Shown here piece after piece: positions 12,101 through 19,163 of a DNA stretch of 64,000 nucleotides. The position numbers and the translations under genes were made by a program. This DNA comes from a virus: positions 68,523 through 132,522 of the IMG/VR virus record IMGVR_UViG_3300026257_000002; one strand, given 5' to 3'. Numbering within the stretch: position 1 is the first letter of the stretch; every line of letters begins with the position of its first letter. Under the pieces are notes generated by a model. That model saw nothing but the letters and a program-made list of their open reading frames with translations. It made no database searches and was not told the origin of the DNA.

Positions 12101-13152
12101 ATACGAATATGAGACCCGATATCAAATCCATCATCAGAACCAGTACCAGTTCCTCCATTTGCCCAATAAACACAATTTTTTTCTGAAGTATTAGGATCAT
12201 TTGAAATTGCTGAAGACCAAATATCTTGAGCAGTTTCAACAGTCGTTACTGTCTGAATAGCATAATTAGTATCATAAGTAAATATTGCTCTCTCGTCTTT
12301 CTGCCCAATTTCAAATAGTGATCCACTTCCCTGATATGGTGCTCGGGTAAATGAATCTGGATTGGTTGAATTATAGATATTTAAACCAACACCAGTCAGT
12401 TTAGATGTCTTTACAACATAGATTTGTGGAGTTGGTTCATCTAACTGGGAACTTTCTTGCCCAGAAATATGAATGTTACCAGAACCAGCCCATGCTTTAA
12501 TTCTAAAATTACTGCTATTATATCCTTCTAATGAGAATAACCCGTAGGGTCTACCATCTCCTGATACGATATCACCATTATCAAATTCTCCTCCATCAAC
12601 AATATCAGTTACTTGTCCATAAGCTATAGAAGAACCTACAGCAGCAGGGACTAGTCCATAGTCAACGCTACTACCATAGGTCTTTGAGTATTCTGTAAAT
12701 TTATGCGTTACGCTGCTCTCAGCGCCGCCGGAAACCCTCAAAGGACCAGATGATCCTATCCATGGGGCAACCATCCTCTCGCGCCCATCAGCGATCTCGA
12801 AGAGAGTTCCTGAACCGGTCCAGGCTTGTTTTCTAACTACTATTGCTTTTTGTTGTAACTTAATCGGTTCTGGTTTCGATACAAATACTACTGTAGCTGC
12901 AGAGTCTGTAGTATTGGAAACCTTAAATGTGCCGAACGGATAAGTTGTTTCAGTAAAAATAATTCCTTGATAATCTTCTTCAGTAAAGAAGTTAACTAAT
13001 GTATCACCAGTAACAATATAATCACCAGAAACTACTAAATCATATTCCGTCTCACCATTATCAACTGTGGATATAGGAGAATCACCAATAGATCCTAAAT
13101 CCGTAGTTACATAAAAGTTAACGTGTGATGTATCGTAGTTAAATGTATTCAT
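6130..13152 (-). CDS. Giant repetitive virion structural/fibre protein (2340 aa)
   Basis: Many GSGSLF..G..E repeats, DYG.I spacers and four inserted jelly-roll-like domains sharing (I/L).G.GNGSNGG..P. Confidence 0.75.
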   Translation of the reverse strand: MNTFNYDTSHVNFYVTTDLGSIGDSPISTVDNGETEYDLVVSGDYIVTGDTLVNFFTEEDYQGIIFTETTYPFGTFKVSNTTDSAATVVFVSKPEPIKLQQKAIVVRKQAWTGSGTLFEIADGRERMVAPWIGSSGPLRVSGGAESSVTHKFTEYSKTYGSSVDYGLVPAAVGSSIAYGQVTDIVDGGEFDNGDIVSGDGRPYGLFSLEGYNSSNFRIKAWAGSGNIHISGQESSQLDEPTPQIYVVKTSKLTGVGLNIYNSTNPDSFTRAPYQGSGSLFEIGQKDERAIFTYDTNYAIQTVTTVETAQDIWSSAISNDPNTSEKNCVYWANGGTGTGSDDGFDIGSHIRIGDPNAVDYPLTGRELEFSLNLVGVEKITISAIRGNGSNGGSSYGGSTPANEHLYFMFGADLNGPGYQGSNGTIIVPDPAWGVDSDFDSLNTVDVDVPISERVPNSYVRIFQAYYTQDSTHAYDNYGIKSIELHHTVGSDYYQSLQTDDYQTINQSAGTTENYGQIISPPSGGELSYGSFYPSFTKFGAIKVNGSATVRQTDNYTASYVSSYAFEDVGPDVDITSDYYYVSGIWIRTGGIGTNSWNGFNIGPHYEIDGNDGINQMSWYLDLTDVTHITVSGIRGNDSNGGNEGSISPDSLEYYFTKTGLTTVNDVLFPAEQNEDSIPANWSGLEVATDGVSERTVTVPSEFRVSGVHFSVRLYFSDDEYGIKQVALRNADTNSGFVTVLPDELVSNYSATLSGVSIENSGAGTGVGAFDSGAGTKHFRFGTTSGGEYYRELCWTVNASELDEFIFDLITGNGSNGGNSPEGTDDLLFYWNDANTYRPIEVITDTDEFDEWKKVFSTIPPEARNAGQEFKLSQYGLSTFDNIGLRSILFVPTLDTANFNVVTPNLKTDTVFLRGDASVQFVEPTPQVYVVNGSGVLTLSGTMSEQHIVGNYSTTGSLFTSGQNDERAIFDYNDSSIGVVQDPIDNGSLSSSGSTSDYGQVTQLSAGEINYGQVRIPYTTYPFGRLFEVTGGDRAHANPRAYLGATAEIRIAGGYSNLQFTSQAGESTVLFNTSGGDTDSFSRPFIGSGSLFHIGDRIEKAVYAYNSSSITTYGEFDNGLIADSVTEYATATTVSAADINNDPSNTLTNCAYWVDSGTGTGSDGGFDIGSHIRIGDINAENYNSLSLREVSLSLNLEGVKRIRISAIRGNGSNGGDSPDSGEDLYIQFDTYLPSILVAQNDTEFDSLNTVDINIPEVARTANFPVRIYQPTASQGQIYAWDNFGIRSIELQTDPDYGSVGENYDPNINYGSILVDLNPLGKLFEIGGSASEEFFPTFNWNRLSPAIRIFNEQQDPADFRFRPHWRTDTTTTNPPKLRNGLGGEFNTYAQSRPFIGSGSLFHIGDKLESATYDYNESSVVEFTPGGDYGSITSASSTNIDYGAVTDVVTEGEFDNGQLVIIETTQPYVGLFSFQGAAETFFIRGPYSSKEGCIRIFNEQQDPADFTFRPHWRSRPYEQGKLTGSGAESFSKGLYTGSGSLFHIGDRIEKAVFSYNTSSVIGGYESEDNGSISDPVTSSADNGSISSDYLPPNTDHGFVFTVPGDRNPFGLFRISGAAELPASIVNYVGTGNLFSASGHVESLVWQTPEETFLLRMRGGAVEKHIENYVGSGLIKYPEDTPLAPNSHIRFRPWWRSYGEIKLSGLGGVDDILSNYLSGGGTLKLKTPNEGFEWTQYRPSPRYVNSVYGKIGGSATVAGISVNKKVNVYGYYGDDRDPGTSGSLFTFNSATEVAGYNPLTDTVLYTASGTAASKWNPAWTSRPDGSPRLSGTPELQLRFNIFTNPEVECFKYDGTPDLKITLNYHGSGTLFTTNGSSEVRGFNPLTDTVLFKASGSPIILFSLLHIGSGSLFGFGSAAEARTILAPESTVLFIPSGSGSENFARIYEGSGLNTVSGTVEETLTNAYQGEGSLFNAGSAAEITAISEAESTVLFKASGGEANAFVRSAPAEGNVTISDNLDEAFARPYSSEGSLFGFNGAAEAVTVDEESTGLFNFIGDANIVRDRSFVGSGSLFGIDGASEASVISPDLETGLFEITGSAVGIRTRSFTPDGGETFVYGDGGVVSTRTYSGKGSLFGIAGATESTTTNLPQNTLLYNVEGRGVVTRARGFAGSESIFVSGNAIPVAAISFVGSGTLSTFNGAAESRTIASESTVLFKPSGSAAESFTEGNYDAAGSATISGEASDIKNTRSETVFAYVSTSGKAIARRTYGYLGTGTFSTFNGAAEARAIDIETPVSINLFTVVGNNPGSVTRITQPGTAKFVLTGTSVNVLKLFSPIRIFSTII

Positions 13153-13173
13153 TAATGTTTTTTATCATTAAAA

Positions 13174-13192
13174 GGGGGGACATAATCCCCCC
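13174..13192 (-). terminator. Rho-independent terminator
   Basis: Minus strand reads GGGGGGA-ttatg-TCCCCCC then TTTT, downstream of the 13228..14409 gene. Confidence 0.65.
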
Positions 13193-13227
13193 ACAAAAAC
13201 AAATAATAAAAAATTGTATACTATATA

Positions 13228-14409
13228 TCAGTCAAGGCTGACGTTCAATGTAATCTTGATTTGGTCACCGTTGTTCTGAATGGGGTATGGACCATTTGTA
13301 AATCTTTCAGCAAACATGATGCTGCTGTAAAGAGTAAGGTCGCCAGTTCCTTTCAGAGCAGGAGTTGTAGTAAATGTATTGGCATCAGCTACAGAGAATA
13401 CTGTATATGTAGCATCAACTGTACCACTGTTTGTTGAACCTTGTGCAATGTAAATAACATCACCCACAACCAAACCGTGAGAAGTAGCAGTTACTTCACT
13501 ATACTCAAGAGTGATTGATGAGTCGGTAGCAACCTGAATGTTATCGATCAGAGCATTGTTCAAATAGATGATTCTATTAAGAAGATCGATACCGATGATA
13601 GTGGTATTTGAATCAACGCCGTTGTTACCAGTAACATCCATTCCAATTGTGATGTCATCCATGATGGAAGCAACGTTTGGAAGAGTGATGAAGGAATTAC
13701 CAACAACACCATTACAAGGATCTGTGTTATCACCCTTAGTAAGAACTGATCCTGCAGATGCATCGGCAGCATCAACTACACCCTGAATTGTCAGAGGCAT
13801 GTTGTTAGCACGAGCCAAGTAGTAACCATAAACATTACCAGCAGCAGCTTGGAATGTGAATGTTTGCTCTGGATATGTAGCAGTTGTAACTCCACCAGAG
13901 AAGTTGATTGTTCCAGAAACAGCACCAGAGTTAGCTACAGTCAGAACGATAGTCGAACCAGAAACTCTAGATACCTTACAACCAGCACCGATACCAGTAC
14001 CAGAAACAAGGTTACCAACACTAATAGTTCCAGTTACTGAAGATACCGTAATTGTGTACTCAGCAGAAGTTCCTGTGCCGGTTCCAGATGCAACAGGATC
14101 TCCAGCAGTAGCAATCGCCCAGCGATTACCGTTTAAAAGGATGCCATAGTTATTATCATATGATTGATCAGCACGGTTGTTAACTACTTCAGGATAACCT
14201 GTTGCAAGCGGTGCTGTGGTTCCATAACCATTAGTATTACCATCAACATAAGGCTCATAGTAAGCAGTCGTAGAAGGAACATCACCTTCTGCGGGGTCTG
14301 TGTTTGATGTAAAAAGCTTTAGAGTTAGGTTTCTAGGGATCTGATGAGTAGCATTCAGCAAATAGCGAAGCGATTCTACCTCACCAATATTAGGTACTAA
14401 AAGTGCCAT
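13228..14409 (-). CDS. Cyanophage virion structural protein (393 aa)
   Basis: N-terminus MALLVPNIGE...LKLFTSN and C-terminus FAERFTNGPYPIQNNGDQIKITLNVSLD resemble conserved cyanomyovirus structural proteins. Confidence 0.7.
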   Translation of the reverse strand: MALLVPNIGEVESLRYLLNATHQIPRNLTLKLFTSNTDPAEGDVPSTTAYYEPYVDGNTNGYGTTAPLATGYPEVVNNRADQSYDNNYGILLNGNRWAIATAGDPVASGTGTGTSAEYTITVSSVTGTISVGNLVSGTGIGAGCKVSRVSGSTIVLTVANSGAVSGTINFSGGVTTATYPEQTFTFQAAAGNVYGYYLARANNMPLTIQGVVDAADASAGSVLTKGDNTDPCNGVVGNSFITLPNVASIMDDITIGMDVTGNNGVDSNTTIIGIDLLNRIIYLNNALIDNIQVATDSSITLEYSEVTATSHGLVVGDVIYIAQGSTNSGTVDATYTVFSVADANTFTTTPALKGTGDLTLYSSIMFAERFTNGPYPIQNNGDQIKITLNVSLD

Positions 14410-14449
14410 TTAAAGTGTTCCTCCACGGAAAATTCGTTTTATCTGTTTA

Positions 14450-14457
14450 TATTTATA
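14450..14457 (-). promoter_or_regulatory. T4-type late promoter TATAAATA
   Basis: TATTTATA on the + strand, about 40 nt upstream of the ATG at 14409. Confidence 0.7.
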
Positions 14458-14478
14458 TTTTTAATCAAAGTAAAATTA

Positions 14479-15195
14479 TCATAATTCTACTTTCAGAGCG
14501 ATAGCAAAATTACTGATTGATACTGTAGTATTTATAACTTCATATTGTATGATGTCACCTGCATTCAAAGTGGTATCCCAATTGGTTAAATCAACGTCAG
14601 TGTTTTTATTGCTAGTTACAAGTTGCGGAGTATTACCTGCACAAATTGACACAACATTAGGATAGTCAGCAAAGCTAGATTTTCTTAAATCTACCTCTAA
14701 CGTCCCATCTGCATCAGCAAGTAAAACCCATGATTTAATAGTACCAGTAACATTAATAGTCAAATAACCTTTGTTACCTGTAGTCATTGGTCGCGAACCA
14801 TTGTCCACGACATAATTAATTGTTCTTGTCAGATCAGCAGTATTAGCAAGAGCAATACCGAAAAACGGCACACTAGAACTAGCAGGTGGGGTTGCAAATA
14901 TAATCTGATTTCCAGATACTGTATATCCAACTCCAGGTTGAAGAATAATATTATCCAATGAAATAATCAATTGTTGATCGTTCAATGGTTGATACGATTT
15001 ACCAGAAGTACTCAAGTTAAATACTGTTTGAGCACCATCAAATTGCGAAGCAACATCATCCAGAATTAAATTCTGGTATTGAACACCTTTTACTGGTGCT
15101 TCGTAATTAAGACCAACACTATAAGGATCAGTAGATTGCTGAGTTACGGTAAAATCAGTAGATCCCTGAGTTACATTAATTTGGTAATCAGACAC
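14479..15195 (-). CDS. Virion structural protein (238 aa)
   Basis: LDDVASQFDG..TVFNL...LIISLDNIILQPG..YTVSG..IIFATPP module, also seen near the C-terminus of the gp7-like protein. Confidence 0.65.
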   Translation of the reverse strand: MSDYQINVTQGSTDFTVTQQSTDPYSVGLNYEAPVKGVQYQNLILDDVASQFDGAQTVFNLSTSGKSYQPLNDQQLIISLDNIILQPGVGYTVSGNQIIFATPPASSSVPFFGIALANTADLTRTINYVVDNGSRPMTTGNKGYLTINVTGTIKSWVLLADADGTLEVDLRKSSFADYPNVVSICAGNTPQLVTSNKNTDVDLTNWDTTLNAGDIIQYEVINTTVSISNFAIALKVEL

Positions 15196-15539
15196 TATAT
15201 TGTCACTCCTGGTGTTATTGTTGCAATCCCTTCAATAAATCTAGTTTTATTTCCAGTTGCTGATGTTAGGACAATATCGTAAACATATCTTCTTGCCTTC
15301 AAAGTAGTTGTGATAGTATCCGATAAATCAATTCTAATTATACCACTATTTCTATCTACGAAAGTAACTTCAAAATCTGTTGGCGCTCCGGTTGTATAAT
15401 AACTAGTTTTCAGTTTAGCAGCAGCAGTAAAACCCAAAAGATTGACTGGTGCGCCATCCGTATTTTTGATAGTAAAGGTTGCTGAAAAATCAGTCCCCTG
15501 TTCTATCACTAAGTTAAGTGTAATTGCGGACATATACAA
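15195..15539 (-). CDS. Small baseplate-associated protein (BppU-N/Ig-like)
   Basis: LNLVIEQGTDFSATFTIK...VNLLGFTAAAKLK...YVYDIVLT pattern. Confidence 0.6.
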   Translation of the reverse strand: MYMSAITLNLVIEQGTDFSATFTIKNTDGAPVNLLGFTAAAKLKTSYYTTGAPTDFEVTFVDRNSGIIRIDLSDTITTTLKARRYVYDIVLTSATGNKTRFIEGIATITPGVTI

Positions 15540-15544
15540 AAAAA

Positions 15545-15573
15545 GACCTTCCTTGTTATTTATAAGGAAGGTC
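15545..15573 (-). terminator. Terminator hairpin with a late promoter in its loop
   Basis: 10-bp stem gaccttcctt (15545-54) / aaggaaggtc (15564-73) followed by a U-run on the minus strand; TATAAATA at 15557-15564 and a second copy at 15576-15583. Confidence 0.65.
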
Positions 15574-15583
15574 AGTATTTATA

Positions 15584-15781
15584 TTATTCTACTTCTGGAG
15601 TTACTACTTCTGGTTCTGTAGTTTCCTCCGGTGGTTCCATCAAATCAATTGCTTCAAGAGCACCTTTTAGTTTTAACGCAAGTTCTTTCTTTGCTTCGAC
15701 TTGTGCTTGGAGATTCTTGATCTCTTCAATAGTGCTATTAAATTGTTGTGTGAAATTTTCACGAAGTGTTGCTGCTTCCAT
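15584..15781 (-). CDS. Small coiled-coil hypothetical protein
   Basis: 65-aa ORF collinear with the operon, heptad-like EIKNLQAQVEAKKELALKL. Confidence 0.65.
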   Translation of the reverse strand: MEAATLRENFTQQFNSTIEEIKNLQAQVEAKKELALKLKGALEAIDLMEPPEETTEPEVVTPEVE

Positions 15782-15829
15782 GCGGTTCCTCAGTTTCAGT
15801 TGTTATTATACTACGAGTTATTTAGTGTG

Positions 15830-18800
15830 TCAAGAAGACTTAAATACGCACTCTCTGACAGATCCACCATTATTGTCTCCAGTAAATCTAACGCGCCAAT
15901 AACGCGCCACAATACTAACACCAATACCCATTGTTACATCTTTATTTGAAGTATTATCACTACTCATTGCTTCTTGCCATGTCGTACCATCATGAGAATG
16001 TTCTAGATACATTGGAGTAACATTATTATTTCCAGAGCCAGGGAAACAATTGCTGTTGGTGGTGCCATCACCGTCAGGTCTGTATAAAATAACTTGTTTT
16101 ATAGATACATTCTCGCCAAAATCTTTTCCGATAGTAGCATTATTAGAAGGATCTAATCTTGCTGAAACTGTATAATCGCCAGTCGTAGTTCCATCAAAAG
16201 CAGCAGATAATCCACCATCCTGTGTCATATTGCCAATAGCAGTTCCTTTAGTTCTAAGTTGTTCATCTGTAAGACCTGCTGGCGCGTCTACGCTAGTAGA
16301 GGGGAAACTACTTCCAGAATACCAAACAATTCTAACAGCACCTGATTGTCCAATATTACTACTTGCAGGATCTCCAGCACCATGACCAGATCCACCACCA
16401 CCATACTTTCCGTATTGAGTGCCACCATTTCTACCAAAAATATTATCAGTTCCACCAGAACCAGGGTCTCCAATTCCTCCACTAGTACCTTCTCCAAAAA
16501 CACCTACACCATTGACGTTAGCCCACCCTGCTCCACCACCAGCACCACCGCCTGCACCAGCAGTTGCTCCATTTGTATAGACACCTCCTGCTTCCCAACG
16601 TCCACCATGACCACCATCTCCAGAATATCCTCCAGCACCTCCACCAAATGCCCAATATGAAGTTGTGCCATCATTATCTCCGCCATCTCCACCAGATCCA
16701 CCACCATCACCAATATTTGAAGTACTATTTCCTCCAACACCAGCAGTACTACCACTGGCACCTGCACCACCCATTGCCATACAATAGGTAGTGCCACCTA
16801 AAGCAAATTGAGAAGTTCCTCCAGCACCAGCGGAGGACGAAACACTTGTTTGATATCCTTCGGGATAGGAAAAGCCAGTCACTGTTGAAGCACCAGTTCC
16901 CCTAGCACCAACAGTTACAGTATAAGTTGTGCCAGGTGTTACTGAAATATTATTTTTATATGATAGTGACCCACCACCACCTCCAGTAGTTCCTGTAACA
17001 CTATTTGGATAGTGAGCACACCCGCCACCACCTCCAACAGCAACTACATTAACTGAAGTTACACCAGATGGAGGAACAAAATTATATGTTCCTGGTTCAG
17101 TAAACATCATTTCAAAAACATCGCTGCCGCCACCGCCGCCACTGCCGCCGAATGGGTGATCTGAAGATGCTGTTGCACCAGACACTGCTACGAGAGTTGT
17201 AGGACTTACTGCAGCATCAGTTACAGAAGTCTCGGACTGGCAGCAAAGGAGTACTGTATTTGTTACATTTTCAAGCGGTTCTGTGGGCACCGTGAAGCTA
17301 GAAGTGTGGAGTGCGGTTCCTTTGATTACACGGAAGTTAGAAATAAGTCCTTTGAATTCGTAATTAGCATGGGTGGCATTTGGAATCCTATCTCCGATAA
17401 TCCAATCATCATCTTCTTCGGCATCCCAACTGGTGGTATAGGTGTCTTCCAAATTTCCGTTAAAGAATGTATACGTGGTTCCACTTGATCTTGTTACCAT
17501 TATATGATGCCATGTATCATACCGATCGGAACCGATCGCACCGGTTTGACCCCTTTCAGTGTGATCTTTGGTGATTCTAATAGTATCATCAGTGGAGTTC
17601 CAATACATTTCCATACTGTCAAAGACATCTCCTTGACCTACAGTGAACATAGTATAATAGTTTTCACCAGAATCCTCCATTTTATAAAAGTATTCTATTG
17701 TAAAGTCTCCAGTACCAAGGTTTAAATCTGAGTGAGTTGGAATTTTTACAGCTCCACCGTTTCCATCAAACTCTACACTTCCACCGTAGTCAATGGCTGG
17801 AGCTACTGCACCGAAAGTCCATGTTGGAGTGAAGTTAGAGGTTTCTACCGTTCCACCTTGCTCTACTAATACATGCTTCATATATCCATGAAGATTATAA
17901 TCTGATAAATCACCACCTCCACCAAATTCAGTTCTTTTACCTGTGTATATTGAAGGTGAGGTAGTAGTAGAATCCACTAAAGATCCATTTACGAATAGTC
18001 TATGAGTTGTTCCATCCCAATTAAGCATAACATGATACCAAACTTGTTTATTTAAAGTACCACTAGTAAGTTCTACAGTACCACCATTAACTCTCATAAC
18101 TAGAAGGTCTTCTTGGAATCCAAATAACAATCTACCACTTGCACCACTCTCATATTGATCTACAAGTATTCCCATATCAGAAGACGTATTACCTGCCTGC
18201 CCAGAGTCATTTTCATAAAATGCCCAACATTGGAACTGCCATGAACTCAACGAATCATCTAAGAAAGTATTAGTTCCTGCATGGAAATATTGTTCAGTAT
18301 CAGAACCCTCAAAATTAAATGAATCATCAGCTAGAGCACCAAAATTCGATGAAAATGGATTATTCCAACTTGCTACTGCTCCTGAAGCTGTGATACCACC
18401 AGGAGTAACAACATTTGCAAGAGGACTAATATTTGACCTACAAAGCAGAACTTTTGCATTTGGTATTTCTGTAAGTAGTGCTAATGGTGGTGCAAAGTTT
18501 GATGTATAAACAGCAGTTCCTTTGACCATGCGGAAGTCGCAAATCTGCCCATGAAATTGATAGTTAGCATCAACATTTTCTCCAAGAATATAATCCTCAT
18601 TTGAATAATCATTTGAGTCACTATATGTTGAGGAATATGCCGTACCATCCACATATACTGTTGTTACCGAACTACTTCTTACTACCGCTACATGAGTCCA
18701 AGTATCATCACTCACCGTTACATCAGCAGTTGTCCGATAGTTGCCATCAGTATATAATTCAATTTTATTTTCATGTCCAGCTGTGTGGAATCTACCAATT

Positions 18801-19162
18801 AAAAATCCATCACTTGCAGCTGATGATGAACGAGTATCCACTATGGTGTCTAAAGTGCCATCGGAAGACTCGAAATAAACCCAACACTCTAATGTAAAAT
18901 CACCTGTATCAAAGGCAATATCGCTATTACTGTTAGTGTTATTTATGTGATCATTAACGCCATCAAAACTGGAAGAACCCCCAAATGGAAGTTCATAACC
19001 AGCTGTGAAACTAGAACCAACTTTAGTAATAGGATATAAAGTTGGACCTCTATCATTAAAATCCTCTCCTGTAGCATAGAATACTGCTGAAGCTGGAAGT
19101 CCTTCAGCAGTAGTGACACTACCCTCGCCTGCACCATAACCAAAAAACATGATTTGCATCAT
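15830..19162 (-). CDS. Receptor-binding/adhesin protein: three LamG (ConA-like) domains, a Gly-rich domain and a C-terminal discoidin-like domain
   Basis: FDG..D...GDFT(L/I)E.W/Y...W.HVAVVRS...Y.DG...F.G.I..FR..KG.A.YTS.F motifs three times; polyglycine segment; C-terminal ARYWRVRF. Confidence 0.8.
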   Translation of the reverse strand: MMQIMFFGYGAGEGSVTTAEGLPASAVFYATGEDFNDRGPTLYPITKVGSSFTAGYELPFGGSSSFDGVNDHINNTNSNSDIAFDTGDFTLECWVYFESSDGTLDTIVDTRSSSAASDGFLIGRFHTAGHENKIELYTDGNYRTTADVTVSDDTWTHVAVVRSSSVTTVYVDGTAYSSTYSDSNDYSNEDYILGENVDANYQFHGQICDFRMVKGTAVYTSNFAPPLALLTEIPNAKVLLCRSNISPLANVVTPGGITASGAVASWNNPFSSNFGALADDSFNFEGSDTEQYFHAGTNTFLDDSLSSWQFQCWAFYENDSGQAGNTSSDMGILVDQYESGASGRLLFGFQEDLLVMRVNGGTVELTSGTLNKQVWYHVMLNWDGTTHRLFVNGSLVDSTTTSPSIYTGKRTEFGGGGDLSDYNLHGYMKHVLVEQGGTVETSNFTPTWTFGAVAPAIDYGGSVEFDGNGGAVKIPTHSDLNLGTGDFTIEYFYKMEDSGENYYTMFTVGQGDVFDSMEMYWNSTDDTIRITKDHTERGQTGAIGSDRYDTWHHIMVTRSSGTTYTFFNGNLEDTYTTSWDAEEDDDWIIGDRIPNATHANYEFKGLISNFRVIKGTALHTSSFTVPTEPLENVTNTVLLCCQSETSVTDAAVSPTTLVAVSGATASSDHPFGGSGGGGGSDVFEMMFTEPGTYNFVPPSGVTSVNVVAVGGGGGCAHYPNSVTGTTGGGGGSLSYKNNISVTPGTTYTVTVGARGTGASTVTGFSYPEGYQTSVSSSAGAGGTSQFALGGTTYCMAMGGAGASGSTAGVGGNSTSNIGDGGGSGGDGGDNDGTTSYWAFGGGAGGYSGDGGHGGRWEAGGVYTNGATAGAGGGAGGGAGWANVNGVGVFGEGTSGGIGDPGSGGTDNIFGRNGGTQYGKYGGGGSGHGAGDPASSNIGQSGAVRIVWYSGSSFPSTSVDAPAGLTDEQLRTKGTAIGNMTQDGGLSAAFDGTTTGDYTVSARLDPSNNATIGKDFGENVSIKQVILYRPDGDGTTNSNCFPGSGNNNVTPMYLEHSHDGTTWQEAMSSDNTSNKDVTMGIGVSIVARYWRVRFTGDNNGGSVRECVFKSS

Positions 19163-19163
19163 A

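Noticed and set aside
5896-13152. Diversity-generating retroelement suggested by the Mtd-N motif and near-identical repeats
   Set aside because: No reverse transcriptase in the window. The repeats lie inside one reading frame and show no clear series of adenine-specific mismatches.
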